From Blasia pusilla (taxonomy: Eukaryota): a stretch of 64,000 bases of DNA. A model generated the notes under the pieces. That model was not told the DNA's origin. It saw nothing but the letters and a program-made list of their open reading frames with translations, and ran no database searches. The stretch covers positions 2,666,001 to 2,730,000 of the forward strand of contig CM114271.1 of assembly GCA_050084515.1 (NCBI GenBank), read 5' to 3'. Of this stretch, positions 40,555 to 54,070 are shown one piece after another (the first letter of the stretch is position 1; every line of letters starts with the position of its first letter). Both the position numbers and the translations under genes were made by a program.

Positions 40555-41828
40555 ATTTCATTACACTCCTTCGTAGTTAATCCACGAAGGATGAAAAATA
40601 AAATAACCTTAACAATAATGTGTGGGGCTATGCGTGGTATCAAAAGGTGGACCGAAGTCTTTTAGGGTTACCGGGGGTTTTGATTATCCTGGTTTCATTT
40701 CACCAGCGGTTGCGGGTAAGTCCAAGCAAGCGCAAGTATTTCGACGAATAACGCGTAAAGATGCAGGGCTCTCGGCCGTTGGATGAGGCGTCACGGTGTC
40801 GTAGCCCTAGGATGGGTTTTCGTCAGTGTCTTAGGAGCACGGGAAACATGACGGGAAGGCGCAATTATCGGCCCATAAAGCCAGCGCCAGATTTGGAGGT
40901 GTTTCTGGAGACCTCGGCCGCATTTGGCCCGAGATCGACCGCCCGGGAAGCGGAAGACATTGGGTCAGAAGTGGAATATCCCGATACCCCGGTAGAAAGG
41001 AGAATCCCCCGGACAATAGAGGTCAACGCAGCTTTGGTCGGTTTGAGGGGCTAGAGCGACGGTGGGAGTATGCCGGCGAGCTGAGGCGAATGGAACGGTA
41101 ACAACCGGAGTTTGAAAACGGCTAAGGAAGCTGCCCGAGCTCACCGTCGGGCAGCGGGTTCACGCGACCGTCTATGAGAAACAATGCTCCTCGAAGCTCG
41201 TCACTAACTGGGTACTGGGGAGACCTGCCATCGTGGGGTGAGGCCAACCTGGTTAGGCCGGTCTTCTGCTCTACAAGAACTATCCTACAGCTTTTCCTGC
41301 TCTATCATCGTCATTTGGGTGAGTATTGATGCGTTTCTGAGGCATTGGAGGTTGTTACGTAATAGCAGTGGTGAGGATTGCGGGGAGTGTGAATTTTTGC
41401 AGTTTTCGTGGTTTTTTTTGCACTCAGATTTGTGCTTTTCAGAGGGAGGAAGGGGATTCGAGGGGTGGAAATTCTGTGGAGTGGTTCAGACGTTGTTTCT
41501 TTGGTTTTGTTGAGCTCCGGGGAGTATTTGTCACATTCCCTCACATTGCGACAACAGCAACTCGCTGCATTTTCAGTTTCAGAGTTCAATTGCCTCGGGT
41601 TTTCCAATTTCTTTTCATGGTTTGAGCTCGTATTTGCGCTCAGGGTCGAGGGAGTTTTGTTTTTTTCTTCTTCTCCTTACAGTTGGTTTGAGCTTTGTTT
41701 TTTCCCCTCCCGTGGCTTGAGCCGCAGAGGGGATCAGTGTACCGACTGTTCCTCTTTTAGACTGCCAATTTCTCTCTCCTCACTCCAATTTCGTGTCTCC
41801 ACTGCAAGCTCTCACAGGAAGGGGTAAG

Positions 41829-44800
41829 ATGGTGGGGATGGCAAAAGGAAACTGTCTGGTCATACAGCCGGGGCTCGAACTTCTGACCAGGAGAAAGGAA
41901 AGTCTTGAAACCACCGTTTCTATCCTCAACTTTGTTCGCAAATCTCCGGCAGAGGAACCACTACTTGCCGCCCTGTCTTCGATGGAGGCCTTATTCCTGT
42001 CCGGGGCCATGCCTTCGCAGTGTTCCCTGGCTCCAATTGCCCAGCAGAGTTACGGCATCGCAAGTCTCTCGACGACTGATGAGAAAGATCGGGCACATTG
42101 GGGAAGCGAGGCTTTCGCCGACCTTATCAACGGCTTAATGGAACTTTTGACGAAGACAGACGTGTCGCGGGCTGTTCATGTGAGAATACCGCCGGGTCAT
42201 CTTGTTTCTCTTTCTTGATTAGGCTGTCGGTGGATGATTACAAGTTTTGTCGGTGTCCTTACAGCTACCATGCCCAGCGGGGTCCCGTTTCCTCCTGGAG
42301 CCTGTGCTCTATCTTTCGTTAAGTCTGAAGCCGTGTCGTCTCAAGCAGGAGTCGTGTATTAGTGTTCTATCAATGTTCACGACGCGTTGCTCCCGTTCCA
42401 GTGTCGAAGTTGTCATGTCGACCTCCACGGCGACCAACCAATAAGTCGACCGTTAAGACTGAGCTACGAGTATGCGCGTTTTCCTCTCCGAGGTGATCTT
42501 GTGTCGAACGCTAGTCTTCTAACTCACGCGTCTATTGCCACGATATGTAACAGCCGCTTTTTATTGTTTGCTCTAGAACACATGTGAGTCCTCTCGGACG
42601 TTCGTTTGGCGCGGTGTAACTGCGAATATGTCAGCTCACTTCTCTCACCTCGACACTTTCCTTTTTTCTGGAGTCCGTGATTATTTGCAGCCACTTTCCA
42701 TATATCCGTGTTCTTCCTCCAGATCCAGAGCACTTCGGGTGCGGTTGGTTACCACTTTTAGATACATGTCGAGGGGCGACGAACGTGTATATCTTCCTCA
42801 CTCTAAAGATATACGACGATGCGTTGCCTCGTACTTGCTACACGACGAAGATCGAGATCTTGTTAATCTGTTCCCGGAGATCGTCGGATTTTAGGCATGA
42901 GAAGTTCTGTACGTAGATGAGGTCTTAGTATTTCCAGTGTCTAGGCCCTCAGTTTGTTATCTTCAACGCAGATGAATGGACATTGCTTCTCTGACGATTT
43001 TTTCATTCCTCATCGTAGGTCTTGTTTTAGTGTTGCCATGGTCGGCTCTTGCATGTCCTTTTCTTGTCCGATAGTTTCTCTCTCCCAGGATGATCCTCTC
43101 GTCGCCTCATCACATACGTGTCTGTGCTACTTCGTCATTAATTTGGCTGACATCCACTAGCGCTTTAGTCCTCACGGGGACGTTTTGTTGTGGTCAGAGT
43201 AGGAAACTCTGCCTAGTTTCTTCAACATCTGAGGCTATCATAGGGGCCGTGGATGGCCTGTCACGAAAGTTGCAGCACGAACGCGTGAGTATTGGGATCT
43301 GCCAGTATTTGATACGTTCCTTCCGATTGCTCGCTGGTCTCACTTGTCTTTTCATGACGTTTAGAGGACACCAACCTCTCCGTTTCATACTATGTGTGCG
43401 CGTTTGCTCGTGGTAAACATCGTTGGCTCGTGTGCTGCTGTCCTTTTGAAGACAAATCATTGTCGACTTGGTTTTTTTTCTTTCTCGTGAACGTTGACAG
43501 CCAATTATTGTCGACTTTGAGCCTGAGGTGTTGTCGCCTTGAGCCCTCCCATCAACCGTGGGCTGATTTCCATCGGCACGCGGAGCGCCTTATTTCTACT
43601 AAGTTGCTGCTGAAGGTCGCTGGTGGACATGGAGTGTCTTCAGTCTTCGATGATAGTTTTAAACTACAAGTACTATATCTCTCAGATGCGAGTGCGTCTG
43701 AAGTCGGCATCAATCAGTAAAGTCCTAATTTCTAACTTCTAACTTTCGCGTCGATGGTCGGGGTTGACCACCTGCGCACTGCCGGTGCCGCTACCGCTCA
43801 GACCCTCTGCTGTGGACCTTTCTCTGAATGACCTGTCTTTTGCTTACAGAATATTTAAGCAAGTGCGTCCTATTCTTTTTCTCGGTGCACATACATGATT
43901 CAGCCCAAGCACCGGTTGTCTGACAGGACTCGTCAACACTTTGCAGGAGAAGGCTCTGAAAGTCTTCATGGAGTTAGTCAGATCTGATGCGCAAGGGACG
44001 TTCAGCAACGCACTCTACTTCAAGCTATGCACTGCGTTGGTATGATCCGGAAAATAATGTCCATCAATATTTACGTTGAGCACAATCTTTTTCTTGCTTC
44101 CTCATGGTTTTTCACACTTGTACTGGAGATTGCGATACATCGACCTTCTAGGATGATGGAATTTGGACATTTCTGTCTAGAGTTTGAATCTCCTTCTTAC
44201 TGTTTCTTGGATATTTTGCTTACAGGTCAGTGGAAAGGTTCCAGTGACCAACGTTGTTGGTATCTTGGGATCCCAATACTTCCAGTATGCAGATGTTAGG
44301 TGAGTATGATGTATGTGAAGAGTAATCTGAAGTGCTGTGTAAGTTCATGTAGGAATAATTTAGTGTTCGAACTTCAGAGCAATGCACGAGTAATATGAGG
44401 ACCTTGTGGCTTGCATTAAGTTCTAACCACTCGCCATGCTCATGTACGTTTTATTATCAAGTGTTGTTGTGAGGACCATGCTGTGGCACTGTCATTCAGG
44501 GTGTCTAGTCTCTGAAACATCTCTAGCTCATGGTGACTTTTTAATTACTTGCAGGTATTTCACTTTAATGAATGGCCGGAAACTTGCTCTTGAGCGGGCC
44601 TTACCAGCAGTGGATGACACTATTGGGCAGCTGAGGTACAACACCCATCCCTTCTGTGCACATGCATTCTGTTTATTTCTTTTCTGACCCCATACAGGCT
44701 ACATGTGCAGTAATCATCGTTGCCAGGGTTGGAAGTCTTTATAAGTTTGGACTTTGCAGATGCCTTGTTTGCTCATTTCTTATTTCTTTGTGTGCTTCTA

Positions 44801-46323
44801 GCTTCCAAAGGTTCCTGAAGAATCTATACGAGATTCTGGCACAGCTCCCTTCCGCCTTGAGGAGTGAATCGAGAAAGGAGGATTTTACTAAAGAGGCCTC
44901 AGAAAAGACCTGGTGTTGTCGTGATTTTTGTAAGCCATTACAGAAACCTATTCTCGTAGTTATAGTCAGTTGCGAGTTGTTTTTAGTTCGCTTTACACGA
45001 GAACAGAAGAACTGTGATGGTGCACGTCTGGGATCATATTCTCCAGGATATGCTGATCTGAATACCATCTTCTGTATTGGCAGCAATAAGAACTAGAAAG
45101 GACACCTGTCCGAAGATAAACTGTGAGGTAATACCCTTCAGCATTCCATTCCTGGGGCTATGTTTCCGGATGCTGTAGCAAATAGGGTCAATTGAATGGC
45201 ATTGTATATATGTTTCATAGTTAGGTCATGAACTTTTTATTCCGTGCAGTAAGTTTTGACATTATGAACTCTCTCCAGGACTCTGCTGATTGGAGTGATG
45301 CAGTAATCCGAAAGCAGGCATTTGGCGAATGCTGGCAAGCTTATATGAGGCTCTCTGAATCCGTTGCTGTTCCTAAGGTGGGTTTGCACAAGAAGACATT
45401 GTATCTGGGGTTGGGTCCCTATCAAATTGATAGTGGTGCATAGTGGTATGTTGGGTTTGGCTTGGTCACTGCAAGCAATAACAGCTGGAGACAGGGTATA
45501 TGTCAATTTGTTTCTAGTGGGACCTCTGCTGTTTTAGTGATTTTTATTTTTGCAGTCCTGGTAGTAAGCTTAAGTCCATATTTGGGTCATATGCAGAATT
45601 CTGGTGGTATTCTGTCCCACGTTTTAGCAGCAGAAAGAAGCAGCTTAGTCAGGGCTTCTCCGGATTCATTCCTAAGTTCACTGGCTGACGAGGTGAGTTT
45701 GGTGGCGTCCGCCCATGAATGACTAACTATCTATTATCCTTCAAGATTTTATGTGTGAATCTGAAAGTAGGAGTATGTTTTTGTTTGGTTTCCTGCCTTC
45801 TAACACACACTGCTTGACATTGTAGGTGGGTGAGAGGCCACTGCAATTAGCTGCTTGTGAAGCATCTGCTGCAGATCAAGTGTGTTCTGTCAGGGGGACC
45901 CGTTGTGGCCGCAGCTTTGAGACCTCAGAGTTGGTCGTTTCAGCTGCAAGGGGTGGACAAGATGATGACGACGATGACGATGACGACGACGACGAAGATG
46001 ATGACGACGACGAGGATGAAGATGATGATGATGAAGAAGCAAAGGCAGGAGGTGGTGATGATGAAGAGGATGTGGAAGGAGAAGGTGATGAAGGAGAGGA
46101 TGATGAAGGAGATGATGATGGTGACGCAGATGACAATGGAGATGATGATGATGGTGAGGATGAAGATGGGGAGGATGAGGATGGTGATGGTGATGAGGAT
46201 GGTGATGAAGATCAGGACGAGGAAGAAGATGAGGATGGGGATCATGATGACGAGGAGGAAGATGATGAGGCGGAGGGAGAGTCAGAGGAGGATGTGGAAC
46301 CTCCCAAGAAGAGAAGGAAGTGA
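41829..46323 (+). CDS. NOC4 (nucleolar complex 4) N-terminal-like protein fused to a long Asp/Glu tail with C-terminal NLS; exons 41829-42179, 43947-44039, 44226-44299, 44555-44635, 44802-44929, 45084-45127, 45279-45377, 45597-45692, 45826-46323
   Basis: Phase-consistent GT-AG splicing gives an open frame. LKVFMELVR...FSNALYFKL, YFQYADVRYFTL, NLYEILAQLP and AFGECWQAYMRL resemble plant NOC4 from memory. Last exon has a ~115-residue D/E-rich stretch ending PPKKRRK. Confidence 0.7.
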
Positions 46324-49300
46324 AGGAGAAATCTTTCATAGTCTTTTGCACCAAAACATGTGCAATTTTTTACATGTTCTCTTCTTTGGTAGGAAGTTTA
46401 ATCTGTCTTTGTTGTTAGTGGTTAGTGTTACTACAGGGTAGGTAAGAAGTTTAAATTGCGGCCTCATAATTTTGGGGGAGGGATGTAGAGAGCATAGTGG
46501 GCTGGTTAGTGGTAGATTAACACCCGTTCCTTGTTTGCTTTTGCCAGAGGCGATGAATTTCTCAGTAGAACATGTTGCTTGTTTAGTGCCTGCCATTTAA
46601 TGCCAAGTAGTAGAAAGTGCTGTTAGAGTCTTTAGCGTGCTTGCTGCTTTGTGGTATGATATGGTAATATTTGTTTCTTTGTGCTGTTTTGCCCTCTCAT
46701 TCTTCCCTCAACAACCAAGGGCACAATAAGGGAGGAGAGGTGATCTCACCTCGCTCAACAGCTCCATGTCTTTGATGAGTTGCTGCGCATGGGTACATCA
46801 TTCATCATCACACAGGTCTCGCCTTCCTGTAGGCAAACCCATAGTGAAGCATTAGTTCTTTCTTATTTGTAGTAGCTAGGAGCTTTTCTCCCTTTTAGGC
46901 TTTCTGTTCAGTTGATTAGTCTTTCTGTTTATGGTTTTGCTAAATTTCAGGGTCCCGTGTCGTGAGATAGAGGAGGGTTAGCTCAAGAGTATGGGTCTGA
47001 GATCTGGGGGCGATAGGTTTTAGGGTTGGATTTTAGTTGGGGAAGATGACATAATCACAGTTCTCTTCTCGGCTTGTATCCAAGAAAGGATCCAGCTGTA
47101 GTGTTGTTTGGAGAGAACCTTTGAGGTGTGTGGTTGTGTCTTTCTTTTCCATTCTTCCCAGGTTAGAATTAAAACTAGATAAGGGGGCTGCTGCAGTTTT
47201 CTAACTGATGTGTAATATATAATTTACTCCGGTTCTCCAATGATTGAGCATCATGGATTGGCCTACACCACTCCAGGTACGAGTGGATCTTGCGTAGGTG
47301 TAACATTGTACTGACATGTGTTTGTTGAAGTTGTCCCAGTAGTCAGTTGTCAATACTATGATATGGTCTCCAATTCCGTTCGATAATGAAATGCCGTAAG
47401 GAATATGGCATTCTGTCATGCTGTCTGTTTAATCTCTGGTCTAAATTTGGTGGCATATGAATGACATGAAATGAATTGCAGGGATAGTCATTATGTTCCA
47501 CAGGAGGTAGAAAGATGATACTTGGAAAGATCTACAAGATATGGCTTGTTTCGTCTGTGTTTCAAATCAAAGCAAATGTGAGCAGCTATTCCGAATTATG
47601 GTTCTCCTGAAGTATACACTTCCTACACTGGGCGGTGCACTTTAATAGGAGGAATGCCATATTTAACAGTGCTGCACTGATCTCCCTCCTCCCTGCACAG
47701 ATTGCCCAAATTGGCCGTGTTGTGACAAGCCTCACACTGGACTCCACAAGTCGCCACTTTGGAGAGGAGCGGCCGAAATCGTTGTGGGTCCGAGCACTGA
47801 GGGAGGTCCACCTAATGAACTGTACTTGCAGGAAGGAAAACCACTTCCTTAAGAGTTGCAAGTGAAGAGATACATACAATGGCATCTCAGCGAATCTGCA
47901 AAGAATCCATAGTATCAGTATCATGGACTACAATTTTTAACTTGCAAGTTGACATGAGGAAAAGGATTAAGACCACCTAATCTGTGATCCATCCATTGGT
48001 ACAAAACTTCGGAGAGAAGTTGGAAACTGACCAGTCAACTGTCTGAGGTTAACGGCTCAAAGGCCAGTAAGAGCAGCTGGTGGCTAAGAAGGATAGGCCG
48101 AACTGAACGAAATTATGTGGTGGAAAGAAATGTGACGATGGAGAGCCATCTTTGGAAACGGGAATAAGTGCGAGCGCCGAAGTTCTAAACCGAAACGCGA
48201 AAGTGTACAAGAATAGAAGAGAAAATGGGCCTTTGGGTGAATCTTTTCAGCACACCTCTGTAAGATGTGGAAATGGGGGCTCAGAGTGGATTTTATCAGC
48301 ATACTCCACAGGATTCAGGAAGCAAACGACGACAAGAAAATTCACCCAATCGTACATAGACGCTTACCTTTGAGGTAACTGGAGGAGAGGAAAGAATGCG
48401 TCCATCACACTAATGCATGCTTCACCCTAATGCATAGTGTGAGGGACGCGAGGGAAACAAAAGAGAAGTGGCGGTAACTCATAAAATGTATAGTAGTCTA
48501 CTTTTAGGATATGCGGTCGAACGTAAGCTGGAACACAGAGGTTGTAAACAACTAAGAGTCAAACGGACACGGTGCGACGGTGAGATGGAGAGTGGATGAG
48601 AAAAATACAACGAAAAACCCAAAATCGTTATGAAGTGAAACTGTAGTGGAAGAAAGAAATGCAAAATAAATGACCGACGAGACTGGGAAAAAGGAGTGCC
48701 TCAACTGCAAATTAAGTGATCGGAGAGACTGGGAAAACATGTACAAGTTGTACGTGCCATAAATGTCCTCAAAAATAGTTCCTCCTCTTCTTCCATCATC
48801 TTTAAAATCTGCTGTAGGCGGGGGCCCAGGCTAATGGGATTTTGCGCGGGCTCAGGTGGGAGTTCTCTCTGAACGAATCGCTCTTTTGTGTCATCAAGAG
48901 AGGAGTACCCAAAGGGGAAATATCCGCGGAAGCATTCCATAAACCCATCGCCAAAAAAAATGATGGGAAAATGAAATGTATACACACCGCAGTGACCGAA
49001 CATATGGAAGAACCTTAACCTTCAAGTCTCCATATGGACGTATGAGCATCGAAGCATAGGAGGAGGATCCAACTAAAGCACCCTTTCCTCCACTTCGTCA
49101 TCGGTCATACCACATTATTGGTCGACCACTACTCTCCTACTTTGAGCTCGAGCAAACTATGGCCGTACGTTATCCTCAATGCAGGGCCCTCGCAGGCCTG
49201 TGAGAACCAGAGCCGCATTGATGGTAGAATGCAGGAGCTGTGACTTTCTCATTGAACTTCAAGCGAAGGAAGTTCAAGGAACGATCTTACAACGCCAACA

Positions 49301-49489
49301 GTGAGATGCGCGACGTGCGCACGCGCTGCGGGGTAGGTACTCAGAATTCTGCCGGTACAGCAGTAAACGCCCGCTCGTTCGCTCCGTGTGGCGCGATGGC
49401 CAACGCAGGAATCCTCTAGGAATCCCTATCCTTAGGTCAAAATCGAATGTACACATATCTTCATTTCATACTAGTAGGACCCGGTTTAT

Positions 49490-50790
49490 TAGAGTGCCAT
49501 GCGGGGAGTTAGTTCGTAGACGGGTTTCTTGGTCGATTGTCTTTGGTGGAGTAGCACTCATAGCAACTGAGTTAGTGACTTCTTCAGCCTTTTTAGGGAG
49601 TTGGGCTTCTGTAACGCCCCTCCTTTGCTACCGATTTTTTGTTAGGGATTGTTACTTTTACAGTATGTTTCCCAGGTTGAAGATGATCTTTTCCCACTTT
49701 AGTCTTCACTCACAGCTTGTAGAGACTCCCTTCTTGATGAGGCTAGAGCAGTTCTTCCCGCTTTCTCTTCCCTAGTTACCTCCGGACAGTCTGGGCTCCA
49801 ATCTTCTTTGATGGAAGCCCACTTTGATGCATTGTTTAGAGCTACTATGTCGGACGGGAATATCCCTATGGAAGTTCGGGCCCGTATTCGCTCTTGCTCC
49901 AGAAAGGGTGGGAGCTCGTCCCCTCATCCCGGCTTTCCGCATCGCACCACTTACCTATACTACAGCGATGAGGTTCCGACTGGGCCTGCCCCAACCAACG
50001 GTGGTTGGTTCGACACATTGCGAGTGTCGTCGGAGTTTGGATCCACTTGCTGTGCATTTGGCACGGTGTCCAATTGGGGGTGAGAGGATAGCCACTCACG
50101 ATGCAGTGCGGGATATTATGTTCTCTATTGCTCGGGAGAGTGGATTCCATGTACAAAGAGAGAGGCACTAGTCCATGCGGGATTCCCTTATCCGTGCTGA
50201 TCTCTACATGACGAGGGAGTCTGAGGTGGTGGTAGCGGATGTTGTAGTCACGGATCCTACGCGGAAGGCGGTGCGAGCCCAAGTGGTAGCACAAGGGAGA
50301 TTGCTACAAGGAGCGGCGGCAGCGGTCAAGAAGACCCACATTTATAGTCGACTTCATGACGGACATCGATTTATCCCCCTAGCCATTGAGATATACGGGG
50401 CGATGAGGGAGAGGTTTGACTCATTCCTCACGGATTCCGCCCATCATCTCCAGTCGAGAAATGGGTTGTCCTTAGCCACTGCGATACTTTATTGTAGGCA
50501 ACGAGTCTCCATAGCTTTGGAGCGCGCCTAGGAAAATGGGCTTCTGCAGCGGGCTCAGGCGGTTGGAGACGCCAATGCTAGAGGCCCACTTAGTAGTAGT
50601 CATAGTTCTCTAGGTGTTGCTGATATTGTCTCTGCTGTTGGTGATTTTGGTTGTTAGGGGGGAAGGCCCCCTTCTTTCTCCTCGGGGCCGGTTCCGACCT
50701 CTTGAGGTATATTTTTTGGGTCTCCATGCCCCCTCTTTTGTATCGTGATGGGTTTCCCATCCTTTTTCTACATATATATATAATTTTTTT
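49490..50790 (+). mobile_element. 5'-truncated CRE-like LINE (family A): RT C-terminus, CCHC knuckle, RLE and 3' UTR
   Basis: MRFRLGLP...CECRRSLDPLAVHLARCPIGGERIATHDAVRD; RADL; VVADVVVTDP; FIPLAIEIYGA. Confidence 0.85.
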
Positions 50791-50979
50791 CCCTCCACAC
50801 GCGATAGCCATCTCTGAGTCTATGAGGGGGACGGGGAGGTTGTTGTTAAGAGTAAATAATAATAGGGAAGATTAGGATTCATATATCATGTATATTTATG
50901 GATTTTAAGAAAAAAAATGTTTGGTTTGTGGATAATGAATAGTTCACAAAACGAAAGGATCATGTGACATGTGAAATAT

Positions 50980-51880
50980 TTTCTTATTGTCACGTGTCAA
51001 ACATAGAGATGTTTGTAAATCAAGAAGACACTCTCCCATAATAATATAATTTTTTTTATATCTATTTGAGATTAAATTTAAAATTTGAATGAAATATGAT
51101 TTAATTTTATTAGTGTATAGTCCGTGTAGTGCACCAGAGTGAAAAGATTAATCATGTTATACACAATTTTTTTAAAAATCTTGCTCTCGTAACATGAGAA
51201 AGATTTTTTCTTGCTGCCAAATTGCCACATGTCAAGCATACAGATGTTTGAAAATCAAAAAGGCATTCTCCCATATTAATATAGATACTAGTATGATATT
51301 GGCGAAGAGAAAAAGAATTCCATCCTTAAATCTTAATTTAATTATTTTATTAAATTTGACACAAATCAATAAAAAAAAAGTTCAAAAGATAAATATCATC
51401 GTTGGAGGAGGGTTGCTCTAACCCCATCTTCTTTTAATAATATAGATTAGTATATACATCTTGCTATACATGGGGTTATATAAAGATGTGAAATTTGAAT
51501 TCTCTATTACTAGTATAAGCTCGTGCACTGCACGGGTTTAAATGACCTCTCATAATTAATTCTCAAAGGTCTAAGTATCGATTTAAATTAATTTCGAATG
51601 ATCCTATTAGCTTATAAGGCGAGCGATCTTGTTGGTTGAAAGTCCCAAGTGTCAATAGGAAAAGTGTCAAAATGAAAGGGCACTCTCCAAGAATAATATA
51701 GATTATTTTAATTGATTTGAAATTTGACAAATCCTAAATCGACCTCAGATTTGTTTGACTTCAGAATCCTCCTAAATTATCCAAACACACGCGTCAAGTT
51801 ATGATTGATTAGAAATGGTAGATGTCAACTAGAGAGATATTTGAAAAATCCAAAGGGCGCTCTACAATAATAATATATAT
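50980..51880 (-). mobile_element. Tandem cluster of short non-autonomous Helitrons (e.g. 51110-51285, 51288-51446, 51510-51702)
   Basis: Repeated minus-strand TCTATATTA 5' ends and CTAG/CTAA 3' ends; clear hairpin cgtgcagtgcacg just upstream of CTAG at 51510. Confidence 0.75.
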
Positions 51881-52762
51881 TTTGATTTGTGATATGATTT
51901 CCTAGTCTTTTGTATTTTTTTAAAAAGTAATAAAATTAACCATCCATTCAAGGAAAAAAAGTTAGATACTCTATCTGTGACAATAATACACAAATGGAAT
52001 TGGATAACTCAGTCTAATGACATGCATCACACTTTTCACAAGTAACTACAAACTCCGACTCCATTGCCCTCCAATGGGACAATGACACTAAGTGGATTGA
52101 TCCATGAATGTTGAGAATGTAATAGCAAATAATCAGTTAAGAGCCTCCACTCACGCTTAATCTATTAGGCCTTGTAGATAATAGCCTCGAGGATCCTAAG
52201 TGGTTACCAACCGATCCAAAGTCACCTACTTCTGAAACACTAATCGTGGTGGTGACAAATAGTAGTTTTTCGCACTCTATATGAAATTTCTCTCACCATT
52301 CATATCATTGCTTTGCCTAAAGCTCAAAGAAAATATTCTAGTGGCAAAAAAGTCTACATAATCACCATCTGTAAAAAAATTCCCTCATTCTTGGACAAAA
52401 ATAACTCATCCACCGCTGACCACGACAACATATGCCTATAAGGCTACCACAAATCTAATACTAATGTTTGCTCTGGTCCTAGGCCTTAAAACAACCGCGA
52501 CCAATCTCACCACCACTATGATATACAAAAAACTATTGAGCATGCCAATCCATATTGCTAAGGTCACAACTATCCCTCTAACAACACTAAGGTTGGTAAG
52601 TATCACACATACTTGTCTAGTAAGACCCTCATATACTAGAGTCCTTGCATTACTTGGCACCTAATGGCTCCTTATTTGTTACATTCTCATTGATGATGCT
52701 CACTTTGCATCCTAATTATTTTCTCTGACAAGTTTTGATGGTCCATTTTCATGGTTGCACAA

Positions 52763-53093
52763 AAATGGACAAGTTCGTTCCTAGGGCAGACATGGATGGA
52801 CAAATGTGGACATGTCTAGCGACATGAATTGAAAAATATGGGGCCCACAATTTATAGCTCATGGTGGAAGGCAAGTCAGGGGCGAGTGGGGCAATAAGGG
52901 GGGAGGGAGTGGAGAAGGAAGAAGGAAGAAGGAAGAAACAGGAAAGTCCGAAACATGGAGGCAAGTAGGGGGGATGAGAAACAAGGGGAAGGTGGGTCCA
53001 CATGAACAAGTCCTTCCATAGGACAAAGGTAAGTCGACGGACATGGACATGTGCGCAGACATGGACTTTGTCTAGATGAAACCTTGTCCATTT
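52763..53093. mobile_element. Possible MITE-like element with short terminal inverted repeats
   Basis: aaatggacaag (52763-52773) and cttgtccattt (53083-53093); internal ggacatg repeats; TSD not evident. Confidence 0.35.
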
Positions 53094-54070
53094 GTATTCA
53101 TACTTCCTCACTAAGTAGCCTTGGTTGGACTTGTGATTGTCACATTAGGGTCCAAGCGAGCTCAATATATAGATGTCACTCCCTCCTTCAGCTAGTGGGA
53201 AAAGGTCTTATAAAAAATCTTGAATGTTCCCACAAAGGCCCAGATCACAATTCCCATCGATTATAAGATCAAGCCATCCCCTACATGATTGTGTGCTCCA
53301 TACTAATTTAAATTATTTATGATCCAAACTCCCAACTCTAGTACCATTTTTTTAGGGAATCATAGCAAATGGACGAATACTAGAGTATATGCAATGTGTG
53401 TAGAATATGGCCACTTAGTAAAATGATGATATGGTATGTCCCTCGAATGAGCATCCAAAGCAAAAATGGCCCATCTGTATCCCACTTGCCAATGTCAATC
53501 GGATTTTCCTACTTTTTAGATCCATACCCTCCTTACAATATTTGTACTCAAGCTTACTCCCTTATGCAGTCATCCACTTTGATCACATTTGCAACCAAAT
53601 ATGAGGATGTCTCTCCCTTAGAGCCCGAAATTGTCAATCATGAAAGATCTTCTATACACCACTCCATTCAAGACAATCAAATGTGTGTTGACATATAGAG
53701 ACATGGATATAAGACTGCATATGAATTCCAAATCTAAGTTTGTCTTGAATTTTGGTCCTTGATACATATGCATGGATTAGACCATTTCTTCCTTTTCTAA
53801 GTTCCCCCCATTAGAAAGGGAATGTATGACCTCATCCATGCATCCCCTTGTAACCTTTTAACCTAATTTTGAAGCCTCATGGATGAAGTACGCAACAAGG
53901 GTATTTCTCCCTTGCAAACTCCCTCTAGCCCTTTGGATGATTCCATCCCATATATACACATAGTGGATCTTGAAAATTTTCACTCCCTACATGCTACAAA
54001 AATCATGGAAAAAATGAAGACACTTAATTATTGGGAATGAGAGATTATTTCTCAAGTGCAGGTTGCAATT

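Noticed and set aside
45857-46441. Alternative-frame Met-, His-, Ser- and Ile-rich ORFs
   Set aside because: Shadow frames of the GAT/GAN-rich acidic exon.
47200-49300. Possible F-box or kelch-like pseudogene on the minus strand
   Set aside because: Several fragmentary ORFs look protein-like, but no diagnostic motif could be confirmed.
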